From contig JAEYFP010000066.1 of assembly GCA_023402845.1 (NCBI GenBank), forward strand, positions 5,215 to 69,214: a DNA stretch of 64,000 nt. Direction: 5' to 3'. The DNA is from Bacillota bacterium (GTDB taxonomy: Bacteria; Bacillota; Clostridia; Lachnospirales; Lachnospiraceae). Below, piece by piece: positions 1 through 9,247 of this stretch (positions are counted from its first letter, which is position 1; every line of letters starts with the position of its first letter). Made by a program: the position numbers and the translations under genes. The notes below the pieces were generated by a model. That model was given only the letters and a program-made list of their open reading frames with translations, was not told where the DNA came from and made no database searches.

Positions 1-1
1 A

Positions 2-154
2 AATTTTAGTGAAGAGCGGGTGAAAGCAAATAGATCACAGTATGACGTTTGCTCGCCGATTCTCTGCAGCTGGATAACAGAAGCTGATAAAATAACTGAG
101 AGAGCTGTAAAGTCAATAAAAGAGGAACAAATCAGCATATTTGATCTGATTTAG
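2..154 (+). CDS. 3' end of an unidentified gene entering from the left edge (partial)
   Basis: Frame 2 is open from the window edge to TAG at 152-154 (...ITERAVKSIKEEQISIFDLI*). No recognisable domain in the 50-codon fragment. Confidence 0.3.
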   Translation, partial: NFSEERVKANRSQYDVCSPILCSWITEADKITERAVKSIKEEQISIFDLI

Positions 155-173
155 AATAATTGTGGAGGGAGAT

Positions 174-224
174 TTTATTGACTCTCTCGCAGCTTTGGTA
201 TCTGCCGCAAGAGAGTCAATAAAT
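174..224. terminator. Long inverted repeat between convergent genes; possible terminator without a clean U-tract
   Basis: TTTATTGACTCTCT (174-187) pairs perfectly with AGAGAGTCAATAAA (211-224), with further GC pairs inside. It lies between the stop at 154 (+) and the mgtA stop at 242 (-). There is no T-run after the stem in either direction. Confidence 0.4.
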
Positions 225-241
225 GCCTCAAGGCAATGCGT

Positions 242-2896
242 TTATAGCCATTGCGTGTATTGCTTGATATAGTGCTTTTTTATGAGCAGAACCGCTAGAC
301 AATATCCGAGCAGAAGCAGGGCAAGCCATGGTGCGAAGGAAATCGGAAGCGGCATCATATCAATGGCGACTGCCAGGCCGCTGAATCCAACCGCGATCGC
401 TACCACTGCGACAATCGCGGTGGATAAGAGAAGCGGCAGTGACGGCTTATTCTCCAGGAAAGGAGTTTTTGCCGTGCGAATCATATGAATGATCAGTACC
501 TGAGACACCGTACCAAACACAAACCATCCGCTTTGAAACAGCGGAGCAAGGTCCGGACGGTCAGCTCCGATTGCCCACCACATAACAGAGAAGCACAGGA
601 GATCAAATATGGAACTTAAAGGCCCCATATAGGCCATGAAGGATCGAATAGAACGAGTCTCCCATTTTCGCGGCTTCTTAATATATTCTTTATCAACACT
701 GTCAAACGGTATGCCCATTTGGGAAAAGTCACACAGCAGGTTTTGCGTCAGGATCTGTACGGGAAGCATTGGCAAAAACGGCAGGAAGATGCTTGCGGCT
801 ATGATCGAAATCATGTTTCCGAAGTTGCCGCTTGCAGCCATTTTAATATATTTTACAATATTTCCGAACGTGCGGCGGCCTTCGATAACACCCTCTTCAA
901 GCACCATTAAATCTTTTTTGAGCAGGATGATATCTGCGGTTTCCTTGGCAATATCCACAGCGCTGTCCACCGAGATCCCGACATCGGCCTGCCTCAGCGG
1001 GGGCGCGTCGTTGATACCGTCGCCCATATAACCGACCGTATGGCCTGCGGTCTGGAACGCTTTTACTACCCGTTCCTTCTGCGACGGTGAAAGTTTTGCA
1101 AATAAATCACAGGTTTTTACTGCATTCAATAGTGCGTTGTCATCCATCTGCTCCAGATCGGGACCTGTTATGAGGCGAGCGGTATTCACGCCAACCTTGC
1201 CGCAAACCTTTAATGCGACGCCCTCACTGTCTCCGGTCAGCACCACGGTGCGTACGCCGTGCTTCAGAAGTGCGTTAATGGCAGTGCCGGCACTCTCCTT
1301 AGGCGGGTCAAGAAACCCTACAAAGCCAATCAAAACCATATCTTTTTCATCAGATACAGTGAAGGCACCGCTTTCGGGAACCCCACTTTTTTGTGCCACG
1401 GCAATCATCCGCAGACCTTCGGTATTATGCTTTTGATAAGTTGCCAGCACGGTATGGCGGGTTTCTTCATCCATGGGCAAAATACATCCGTTTATCTCTG
1501 CAAAAGAGGAGATTGCAATCATTTCCTCAACTGCGCCCTTTGTAATAAGCTGTCTGCATCCGCTTCGATCCGTCAGGACTACGCTCATTCTGCGGCGGGA
1601 GAAGTCAAAAGGAATTTCATCAACCCGATTGTAAGAAGCCAGAATATCCTCCAGCCCATTTTGCATAGCCCGATTGATTATGGCAATGTCTATCAGGTTT
1701 TTAAGTCCTGTCTGAAAATAGCTGTTGAGGTAAGCTTGACGCAGAATCCTGTCGTCGTTCTTGCCATGCACATCCATATATTTTTCCAGCACAATTCTAT
1801 CTTCGGTCAGTGTGCCGGTTTTATCGGTACAAAGCACATCCATTTCTCCGAACGTCTGTATTGCACCAAGGGTGCGGACAATCACCTTATGCTTAGACAT
1901 GGAAACCGCACCCTTTGCGAGAGTAGAAGTCATAATGACGGGCAGCATTTCCGGCGTGAGTCCTACTGCAATGCTCACAGCAAACAGGAGTGCACCGGGC
2001 CAGTCTTTTTTTGCGAAACCGTTAATAAAAAATACGATAGGAACCATGATCAGCATCATGCGGATCAGCAGTTTGCTGACCGAGTCTACGCCGCGTTCAA
2101 AGCTGGTCTTAGCTCTGTCGCCGGACAAAGACTTTGCCATTGAACCCAAATAAGTATTTTTGCCGGTCGCCAGGACAATTGCGGTCGCGCTGCCGCCCAC
2201 AATGTTCGATCCCATAAATCCGATGTTGCACAAATCCGTTAGTGCACGATTCTCCTCGTTCCGGATGCCGCTGAATTTTTCCACCGGGTTGGATTCCCCT
2301 GTCAAAGCCGCCTGAGCGACAAAGGTGTCCTTTGTAGTCAAAAACCGCACATCCGCAGGAACCATATCACCTGCAGAAAGCCGTACAATATCACCGGGGA
2401 CAACTTCGTCCATGGGAATCTCAGTCAGTTGTGCATTCCGCCATACATCGGCTTTATTAGAAATCATTTGAAATAATTCTTCAGCCGCAGCGTTAGAGCG
2501 CTGGCTTTGTATAAAGGCAACCAAACCAGATAAAAAAACGAGCAGTAGAATAATAACTGCGGTGAGATAATCGGGTTCTAATGATGCCACAACATCCGTA
2601 AAGTACGTGACAACCGCCACCAGCAGTAAAATGATGTTGAAAGGATTAATGACTGCTTCACGCAGTCTGTGCAATGTTGTGTTTTTGTTTCCGGTAGCAA
2701 TTATATTTTTTCCATATTCGTCCTGCCTGCTTTTGGCTTCTTCATTTGTAAGTCCTGTCTGCGCAGCAGACAGATGTTCGAACAGCTCCTCTGCTGTTAG
2801 AAGCGCATAGGAACAGAGGATGCGCTCGATTTCGTTTTGATTTCTTTGCAGCTGTCTGCCATAATTTTTTTTGTTCATGATGTTCACTGGAATCAT
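242..2896 (-). CDS. mgtA: Magnesium-translocating P-type ATPase
   Basis: 884-aa ORF with the P-type phosphorylation motif CTDKTGTLTEDR, the hinge motif MGDGINDAPPL, and N- and C-terminal transmembrane blocks typical of MgtA/MgtB. Confidence 0.92.
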   Translation of the reverse strand: MIPVNIMNKKNYGRQLQRNQNEIERILCSYALLTAEELFEHLSAAQTGLTNEEAKSRQDEYGKNIIATGNKNTTLHRLREAVINPFNIILLLVAVVTYFTDVVASLEPDYLTAVIILLLVFLSGLVAFIQSQRSNAAAEELFQMISNKADVWRNAQLTEIPMDEVVPGDIVRLSAGDMVPADVRFLTTKDTFVAQAALTGESNPVEKFSGIRNEENRALTDLCNIGFMGSNIVGGSATAIVLATGKNTYLGSMAKSLSGDRAKTSFERGVDSVSKLLIRMMLIMVPIVFFINGFAKKDWPGALLFAVSIAVGLTPEMLPVIMTSTLAKGAVSMSKHKVIVRTLGAIQTFGEMDVLCTDKTGTLTEDRIVLEKYMDVHGKNDDRILRQAYLNSYFQTGLKNLIDIAIINRAMQNGLEDILASYNRVDEIPFDFSRRRMSVVLTDRSGCRQLITKGAVEEMIAISSFAEINGCILPMDEETRHTVLATYQKHNTEGLRMIAVAQKSGVPESGAFTVSDEKDMVLIGFVGFLDPPKESAGTAINALLKHGVRTVVLTGDSEGVALKVCGKVGVNTARLITGPDLEQMDDNALLNAVKTCDLFAKLSPSQKERVVKAFQTAGHTVGYMGDGINDAPPLRQADVGISVDSAVDIAKETADIILLKKDLMVLEEGVIEGRRTFGNIVKYIKMAASGNFGNMISIIAASIFLPFLPMLPVQILTQNLLCDFSQMGIPFDSVDKEYIKKPRKWETRSIRSFMAYMGPLSSIFDLLCFSVMWWAIGADRPDLAPLFQSGWFVFGTVSQVLIIHMIRTAKTPFLENKPSLPLLLSTAIVAVVAIAVGFSGLAVAIDMMPLPISFAPWLALLLLGYCLAVLLIKKHYIKQYTQWL

Positions 2897-2940
2897 TCCT
2901 TTCTTTTTAAGAATTCCCCGGCGAATATACTTTATTGCAA

Positions 2941-3063
2941 GAACAAAAGTGTGCTTCGCTCACTCTCACGGTCAAATACTCCGGCAGCACAGCTTTTGTT
3001 CCGCGCGCGCAGCTGCCCATTAAATTTTATTATATAGGTAATTCGAAGGAATTTCCTATATAA
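2941..3063 (-). repeat. Family A structured repeat, copy A1 (hairpin H3 + GC palindrome + long hairpin H4), inside the mgtA 5' UTR
   Basis: The reverse complement aligns almost base for base with 13009-13132 and 22108-22228. H3 is TTATATAGG..CCTATATAA; H4 is GAACAAAAGCTGTGCT...AGCACACTTTTGTTC. Confidence 0.85.
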
Positions 3064-3064
3064 C

Positions 3065-3088
3065 AAAAAAGCCGCCCCAATGGACGGC
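3065..3088 (-). terminator. Intrinsic terminator (attenuator) inside the mgtA leader
   Basis: The minus strand reads GCCGTCC-ATT-GGGGCGGC followed by TTTTTT. That is a 7-bp GC-rich stem plus U6, about 170 nt upstream of the mgtA start codon. Confidence 0.7.
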
Positions 3089-3252
3089 AGCAAATACACA
3101 GGCAAGAAACCATTAGCGTAAACGCACAATGGACAACAGACTGTAATATGCAACGGTACATTGGTTAGTATTCCCGCATTGGGGGTTGAAACTGTTTCTG
3201 GGACTTCGGGGTTTACCGTCCATTGTCTCACTTCCTTTCGATTTATAAATGT
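3089..3252 (-). promoter_or_regulatory. Structured 5' leader of mgtA with alternative pairings (candidate Mg2+-responsive attenuator)
   Basis: The minus-strand 10-mer CAATGGACGG (complement of 3216-3225) is complementary both to GTCCATTGT (complement of 3126-3134) and to CCGTCCATTG, which includes the 5' arm of the terminator (complement of 3078-3087). Confidence 0.5.
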
Positions 3253-3258
3253 GACATC

Positions 3259-3287
3259 ATTGTAACAGTATAATAAGAAAAGGTCAA
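3259..3287 (-). promoter_or_regulatory. Sigma-A type promoter for the mgtA leader
   Basis: The minus strand reads TTGACC (3287-3282), a 17-nt spacer, then TACAAT (3264-3259). Confidence 0.6.
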
Positions 3288-3329
3288 TCATATCATACAG
3301 AATCTTTTTACTGATACATAAAAAATACG

Positions 3330-4931
3330 TTACCTATATTTGGACGGTGACACGCCAAACCTCTTTTTGAAGCATTTGCTGAAATAAAGAGGATCGGAAA
3401 AGCCTGCCATCTGAGCGACCTGCTGCAGGTTTTGATAGCCGCTGTCCAGATAGTTTTTTGCGGTTTCCAACTTTTTTGAAATCATATATTGAATCAATGG
3501 AATATGAATTTCCTTATGAAATTGACGACTCAAATAGTTATCATTGACATAGAGCTGAGCAGCAAGCCATTTGACGTTCAGCTCTGGGTTTGAGATGTTC
3601 TGCTCAATCAATTCCATGGTACGTTCGGCAAGCCGCCTGCCTGAGGAGATTTTTCCGGAGCGGAGATAAGTTAAAATTTTTGTATAGAAATCCAGAATAA
3701 AGCGGGTGCATTCGGCAGGCTGCATGCATTCCATGATTTCGGAAAGCGGATCAAAATATTTGCCAAACACATCGGTAAGGGAGATTTTTGTTTCATGAAG
3801 AAACATCATTCCCGTCATAATAAAATCAATTTTGAGCATATTGAAATTTTCAGCATTCATATTGGCTAGGGAATAATCGGAAAAAATTTTCTGTACATAA
3901 CCGGTAAGGGCAGGCAGAGCGTCCGTGCGAAGCAGCTTCAATAGCTGTGAACGGATACTGTCCAGATCAATGGTAGGATTTTTTGAGGTCTGCATATATT
4001 CTTCATACGAAATGATTCCTTTTTCAATGACGGACTCTGTAAATTTAGATAAAAATTTTGTATCATAATAGCAGCGGTAAATATTCTGATATCCTTTATA
4101 GGAACGGCTGTAAAATAAAGTGACCGGTAAATTAAGGTTAAACAGAAGGCTGTCGCGGATACTTTGGCAGATGGAATATGCATTGGGAGAAAAAGAGGTT
4201 TTTTCGGGCTGAATTCCGATCAGGATGTTGAGATTATAAAACCGGTCACTGAATACAACACAATCGGGATAGCTGCAGAGAGCATCCTCAATATGCTTTG
4301 TGACATTTCGTAAAAGGTCCTCAATATTATGCTTCTCTAAAATAAATTCCTGCATTGGATTGATATGGACAGAGATGATCTGAAATTCCTTCGCATGCAT
4401 GGGAAGCCGGTAAAAATCAAATTTTTCTGTCAATTGTTCCTCAGAGAGCGGCTGGCGGCCGGAAACCACCCAGTTTAAAAATTGATCCCGAATCATTTTT
4501 TCACTGAGGAGTGCTTTACTGTATAGATTAGACACATATTGGTCCTGTTCTCTGTTTTCCTCCAGCTGTGTAAGGATTTTCTGAATGAGCTCTTCAATTT
4601 TAGCGGGAATAATCGGTTTTAAAAGATAGTGGCCAACACCAATATTAAGTGCCTGCTGGGCACAGCCAAAGCTGTCATTAACGGTAAGAATAATGCAATG
4701 CATTGAGGGATACTTTTCTCTTGCCTTTTTGGCAAGTGACAGACCGTCCATGTTCGGCATATTGATATCGCAGATCATCACGTCCGGCTGATAAGCTTCC
4801 AGTTTTTGCAGTGCGGATATCCCATCCGGAGAATCGGGGAGAATTGTAAAATGGTAATTCTCCCAGTCCAGAATTTGATGAAGTCTGCGAAGAATCAGGG
4901 GATCATCGTCTACAAACATAATTTGATACAT
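3330..4931 (-). CDS. Two-component response regulator, receiver + AraC-type HTH (YesN-like)
   Basis: The N-terminal receiver is MFVDDDPLILRRL...DVMICDINMPNMDGL. The C-terminal AraC HTH is ...QVAQMAGFSDPLYFSKCFKKRFGVSPSKYR. I moved the start to the ATG at 4931, which follows AAAGGAG; the ORF track extends to 4988. Confidence 0.88.
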   Translation of the reverse strand: MYQIMFVDDDPLILRRLHQILDWENYHFTILPDSPDGISALQKLEAYQPDVMICDINMPNMDGLSLAKKAREKYPSMHCIILTVNDSFGCAQQALNIGVGHYLLKPIIPAKIEELIQKILTQLEENREQDQYVSNLYSKALLSEKMIRDQFLNWVVSGRQPLSEEQLTEKFDFYRLPMHAKEFQIISVHINPMQEFILEKHNIEDLLRNVTKHIEDALCSYPDCVVFSDRFYNLNILIGIQPEKTSFSPNAYSICQSIRDSLLFNLNLPVTLFYSRSYKGYQNIYRCYYDTKFLSKFTESVIEKGIISYEEYMQTSKNPTIDLDSIRSQLLKLLRTDALPALTGYVQKIFSDYSLANMNAENFNMLKIDFIMTGMMFLHETKISLTDVFGKYFDPLSEIMECMQPAECTRFILDFYTKILTYLRSGKISSGRRLAERTMELIEQNISNPELNVKWLAAQLYVNDNYLSRQFHKEIHIPLIQYMISKKLETAKNYLDSGYQNLQQVAQMAGFSDPLYFSKCFKKRFGVSPSKYR

Positions 4932-4945
4932 AAGAAGACTCCTTT

Positions 4946-6694
4946 TTAATAGGTTTTCGGAAACCGGATCATAACGGTTGTTCCGCATCCCTGCTTTGAT
5001 AATACTTGAAGACCGTATTCCTCTCCGAATTTCAGACGGATACGATTATGCACGTTTTGCAGTCCGAAATGTTTGGGGACGGAAATAGAACTTGGCGTAG
5101 TCAGCAGGTTTTCGATCATCTCGCCGGGGATGCCTCTTCCGTCATCAGTAATTTTAATGATGATTGTATTTTCACATGAACCGGCATCAATGGCAATCTG
5201 ACCGGGTACCGTAAGTCCCGAAAATCCATGGACAATCGTATTCTCAACAATCGGCTGCAAGAGCATCTTCAATATTTTCATCTGCTTCAGCTCCTCCTCT
5301 GCCCGGATCGTATAAGTAAAAAGCGCCGGTGTTTTAATCAGTTGGATTTCTAAGTAATCCTGAATCATCTGCAGCTCTTCCTGTATAGTGATCAGATTTC
5401 TTCCCTTGCTTAAAATCCCACGATAGTAACAGCCAAGGTGGTAAATCATCTGAAGGGCGGTCTCATTCCGGTTGTCTGTAACCAGGCTGCTGATGCTGTC
5501 CATACAATTGTATAGAAAATGAGGATTAATTTGCGCCTGCATGAGATTGAGTTCATATTCCCGCTTTTGGTTTTGCTCACTGTAAATCCGGTTTGTCAGT
5601 TCGTTAATATTATGATTCATAAGCTCAAACCGATTTGCCAAAAACCCGATTTCATCGTTGGAATGGATTGCAATGGTGAGTCCGAGATTGCCGTTTCCCG
5701 TCGCATCGGCATAGTCTGCCAGTTGAATAATCGGTCTGATTAGGCTGTTTGCAAGCAGCCTTGCAAGTAAAGCAGTGATAAACAGGACAACCATGCCGAC
5801 ACTTAATAATAAAATTGTCAGGTTGAGTGCTGTTTTATAAATATTGGAATACTGCGTGAAATAAACAACGTAGAAGTTTTCGGTCTCCGTGCTGCGTGTG
5901 AGCAGCAGATTTTTTTCATTCTCAGAAGAAAAGACGGAGGAGACACTGTTTGCGCCGATAATTTGCGCCCACATTTCAGAATCAATTGTTGTCTGTAAAA
6001 GGGAGCGGTCCTGCGAGGAAATGATATTTCCGCCACTGTCCGCAATCAAAAATGCTTCGGTATTCCCGTCTGTGACATTACGATACGCATCATAAAACAG
6101 CTCCTCTTTAATTTCAAAGGAAAGAATGCCAAGACACGCTCCGGTATCAATGTCAATCAGTGATTTCGATAGATGAAAGGCAGCAAGCCCGTCATTGTTT
6201 TTAGGAGGTCCCAGAAGAATTTTTCCATGCTGGGATGTGACTTCTTCATACAGGGCGTTCATTTCCTCAGTTGGCTTAGAAACCTTGTTCGTATTAAGGT
6301 GATAGACCTGTCCGTTGCAGGTCTGGATATATCCGCTGGAAATCAGACTGCTGATATCAATGATGTTGTAGATGGCGGCATGCATGGCGGTGGAAAACAG
6401 ATAGCTTCCGTAAGTGTTATCCGGATAGTCTGTGTTAATGGCATTTTGCAGAGCGGAGCTTGTAGAAAATGCCTTGATATTATATTTTACGTTACTGATG
6501 ATACGATCCGTCTGGTCGCTCACTAAGATCAGCTTGTCCATGGCATTCTGCATCATTTCTTCCTTTCCGTTGTGAACAATCAGCGAACTGGAAAGAATTA
6601 ATATCACAAGAATAGATAAAATATTTAACGGTAAGAAAAGCAGCAGGACTTTCTTTTTAAGAGTTAACGATTTCCAAAGCTTGTGGCGCTCCAT
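4946..6694 (-). CDS. Sensor histidine kinase, YesM-like (two TM segments, HAMP, His_kinase, HATPase)
   Basis: H-box INPHFLYNCMD and ATPase region DDGRGIPGE. The N-terminal TM is followed by an extracytoplasmic domain and a second TM. The start at 6694 follows AAAGGAG. Confidence 0.88.
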   Translation of the reverse strand: MERHKLWKSLTLKKKVLLLFLPLNILSILVILILSSSLIVHNGKEEMMQNAMDKLILVSDQTDRIISNVKYNIKAFSTSSALQNAINTDYPDNTYGSYLFSTAMHAAIYNIIDISSLISSGYIQTCNGQVYHLNTNKVSKPTEEMNALYEEVTSQHGKILLGPPKNNDGLAAFHLSKSLIDIDTGACLGILSFEIKEELFYDAYRNVTDGNTEAFLIADSGGNIISSQDRSLLQTTIDSEMWAQIIGANSVSSVFSSENEKNLLLTRSTETENFYVVYFTQYSNIYKTALNLTILLLSVGMVVLFITALLARLLANSLIRPIIQLADYADATGNGNLGLTIAIHSNDEIGFLANRFELMNHNINELTNRIYSEQNQKREYELNLMQAQINPHFLYNCMDSISSLVTDNRNETALQMIYHLGCYYRGILSKGRNLITIQEELQMIQDYLEIQLIKTPALFTYTIRAEEELKQMKILKMLLQPIVENTIVHGFSGLTVPGQIAIDAGSCENTIIIKITDDGRGIPGEMIENLLTTPSSISVPKHFGLQNVHNRIRLKFGEEYGLQVLSKQGCGTTVMIRFPKTY

Positions 6695-6886
6695 ATCGGC
6701 TCCTTTAAATGTTACTGTTTTTTGGATAACTATATTATATAATAGAATCGCATAAAAAAACACAGAGGAACAGTAAGCGTTTTGTTTTTTCCATACCAGG
6801 TCTTAAAATTCCATTCCGCCGGAGAGAAAAATGGAATAGGATACAGTTATCAGCTCTGCATGGCAGAAAAAGGAGGAAAAGAAACT

Positions 6887-8275
6887 ATGATTAAGTTGAA
6901 AAAAGGAGTATCTGTTTCGTTGGCGCTGGCAATGGTGTTATCGCTAACGGCTTGTGGAAACGGCAAAAGTCAGGCTGCGGATGACAAAACAACAGAGCCG
7001 CAGGCGCAGGAGGAAGTGCAGGAGGGCGTCGCATCCGAGACTCAGGAGGCATCCGGAGAAAAGGTGAAGCTGAACATGCTGTTCAATGATACGGATGAAA
7101 ATGTTCAGGCGGAAATGGCATATGTGATGGAGCAGCTCCCGACGGTGCTGCCAAATGTGGAAGTGGAATTAGAAATGGTGCCGGGAGATGCACAGACCTA
7201 TGAAACAAAAATCAGGACGATGATTTCCGCAGGCGGTGAAGGCCTGGATGTCTGGTGGGAGCGCGGCGGAAGCTGGGCAAGTCCGATTCTTCAGTCCGGC
7301 AGCGCATTGGCGCTGGACAGCTACCTGGAGGAAAGCGGATACTGGGATAAAGTAATTCCTTCCGCAAAGCTTCCGGCATCGGACGGACATACCTATGCAA
7401 TCCCCTTTGAAGATATTTCTTATGAAATCGTACTTTATAATAAGCAAATATTTGCTGATAATAATCTTGAGGTGCCAAAGACTGTCAGCGAACTGAAGAC
7501 GGTTGTGGAAGCATTGGCTAAAACTGATATTGTACCAATTTCCGTAGGAGCGAAGGATGGCTGGTGTGCGGCAATGATGGTGGAAGGCTTTGCTTATTCT
7601 CTTGATCCTCAGATTACAAAGAAAATCGTGGATGGAGAAGCAAAATTCTCGGATGAGCCCTATACGAAGGCATCAGAGGTTATGAAGGAATTAATGGATA
7701 TGGGCGCATTTTCCAAGAATGTGGCGCTGACAGGAATTGATGAGGCACTGCCGCTATTTGAAACAGGAAAGGCAGCAATGATGGCAAACGGTTCCTGGGC
7801 AGTTGCGTCCTGTGCCGATAAAATGGGTGAAGATTTTGGGTTTTTCTACTATCCGGTAATTAATGACAGTGATGCTGCGCTGTATGGTAAGAATTGTGCG
7901 GGCGGAGTAAAACAAAATTCCGGCATGATGGTATACGCCGGAACAGAGCATCCTGATGAGGCGGCGGCTCTGTGTCAGGCTGTGGCGGAGCTTAGATGCA
8001 AATATGTATTCGAGGAAAAAGGAAATCCATTCACGGTTTATAAGTCGGATGTGATGGGTTGGAGCAATGAGAAAGAATTTGCGGAGCCGGTAGCGCAGCT
8101 GGCTGCGGATATGCAGAGCTTTGAGTTTGTATACGGCCTGGTGCAGGATGTGATGCCTACAGCTGCCGCTTCCTCAGGAGTGATGCAGTCTACGAGCAAG
8201 TTTATGACAAATACTTCGGATTACACGGTTGCCGATTATCTGGCAGATATGGATAAGGCTGCTTTAGAAGAATAA
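6887..8275 (+). CDS. ABC transporter extracellular solute-binding lipoprotein (CUT1 sugar family)
   Basis: Signal peptide with lipobox LSLTAC-G after the start at 6887 (RBS AAAGGAGGA). Length and composition fit family 1 solute-binding proteins. It is divergent from the kinase/regulator pair. Confidence 0.85.
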   Translation: MIKLKKGVSVSLALAMVLSLTACGNGKSQAADDKTTEPQAQEEVQEGVASETQEASGEKVKLNMLFNDTDENVQAEMAYVMEQLPTVLPNVEVELEMVPGDAQTYETKIRTMISAGGEGLDVWWERGGSWASPILQSGSALALDSYLEESGYWDKVIPSAKLPASDGHTYAIPFEDISYEIVLYNKQIFADNNLEVPKTVSELKTVVEALAKTDIVPISVGAKDGWCAAMMVEGFAYSLDPQITKKIVDGEAKFSDEPYTKASEVMKELMDMGAFSKNVALTGIDEALPLFETGKAAMMANGSWAVASCADKMGEDFGFFYYPVINDSDAALYGKNCAGGVKQNSGMMVYAGTEHPDEAAALCQAVAELRCKYVFEEKGNPFTVYKSDVMGWSNEKEFAEPVAQLAADMQSFEFVYGLVQDVMPTAAASSGVMQSTSKFMTNTSDYTVADYLADMDKAALEE

Positions 8276-8289
8276 AGATTATTTTATGA

Positions 8290-8331
8290 AAAAAGCCGAG
8301 GGAAAGAGTTGTTTTCCCAAAGGCTTTTTTC
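8290..8331 (+). terminator. Intra-operon hairpin with T-run between the binding-protein and permease genes
   Basis: AAAAAAGCCGAGGGAAA...TTTTCCCAAAGGCTTTTTT. This layout is typical of partial terminators that raise the binding-protein to permease ratio. Confidence 0.55.
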
Positions 8332-8356
8332 ATAAAAAGGACAGGGGTCAATTAAC

Positions 8357-9247
8357 ATGAAAAAAGTTCTGGGAAATAAAAAAACAATATTGCTGCTGTG
8401 CTTTCCAGCCCTGCTTTTGCTTGCCGGATTTGTATTTTATCCGATCATTAATATTTTTATGATGTCACTGCAAAAGACGGACGGTCTGACACCGGCCAAA
8501 TTTATCGGATTGAAAAATTTTGTACAGCTTTTTACAGATGAGGCATTTATCAGGGCAAACACAGCCTCTTTAGGCTTATGTCTGCTGGCGGTGCTTTGCA
8601 ATGCGCTGCTGGCAATTGCGGTTTCAATTCTGCTCTGTACGCTGAATGTGCGGATTCAGAAGCTTTTGAGAACAGCGTTTGTCATTCCTCTTGTATTATC
8701 TATTTCTGTCATATCCCAGCTTTGGCTGACAATTTATCATGCAGATTGGGGAATGCTGAATACTTTTTTGGAAAAAACAGGACTTGGTTTTTTGCAGAAT
8801 GAGTGGCTGATTAATCCTAAAACAGCAATGATCTGCATTGCAATTGTAGGAATGTGGTGGATGTTTGGAATGGATCTCTTATTTTCCTATTCGGGTATTA
8901 AGGCGATTCCGGAAAGCTATTTTGAGGCGGCCCAGCTGGATGGTGCAAATTTCTGGCAGACTGTGTGGTATATTACGCTTCCGCTGCTAAGGGATGTTGC
9001 CAAAATGTGTGTGACGATTTCGGCAATAGGCGGCTTATTTACATTTCCGCAGGTATATATTATGACAGGCGGCGGTCCGGGAGATCTGACACAAACGGTG
9101 ATGATGTATATGTACCGGCAGGCATTTTCCAATCAGAGATATGGCCTGGCGGCGGCGGTCGGGATCATAGTCATACTGGAAACCTGCCTGGTGCTCGGGG
9201 TAATTGAAAGACTGTTCCAAAAAGAGAGGAGTGAGGATTTATCATGA
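8357..9247 (+). CDS. Sugar ABC transporter permease (MalF/UgpA-like)
   Basis: Six predicted TM segments and the EAA loop EAAQLDGANFWQTVWYITLPLL. Confidence 0.88.
   Translation: MKKVLGNKKTILLLCFPALLLLAGFVFYPIINIFMMSLQKTDGLTPAKFIGLKNFVQLFTDEAFIRANTASLGLCLLAVLCNALLAIAVSILLCTLNVRIQKLLRTAFVIPLVLSISVISQLWLTIYHADWGMLNTFLEKTGLGFLQNEWLINPKTAMICIAIVGMWWMFGMDLLFSYSGIKAIPESYFEAAQLDGANFWQTVWYITLPLLRDVAKMCVTISAIGGLFTFPQVYIMTGGGPGDLTQTVMMYMYRQAFSNQRYGLAAAVGIIVILETCLVLGVIERLFQKERSEDLS

Noticed and set aside
1259-2143. Long antisense or alternate-frame ORFs inside well-supported genes (for example 1259-2143, 25612-26361, 28170-29183, 30604-31260, 35766-36746, 60699-61334)
   Set aside because: Each lies entirely within a gene that has clear family motifs. 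Their low-complexity, Cys/Arg/His-rich translations are typical of the non-coding strand.
3065-3252. Calling the mgtA leader an M-box (ykoK) riboswitch outright
   Set aside because: Only a short ACGCTAATGG stretch resembles the M-box core. I could not place the other conserved blocks by eye, so I kept it as an unclassified attenuator pending a covariance-model search.
2932-3291. 119-aa minus-strand ORF between mgtA and the response regulator gene
   Set aside because: It spans the mgtA promoter, the structured leader, an intrinsic terminator and repeat copy A1. It has no RBS, and part of its peptide is the recurring translation artefact of family A.
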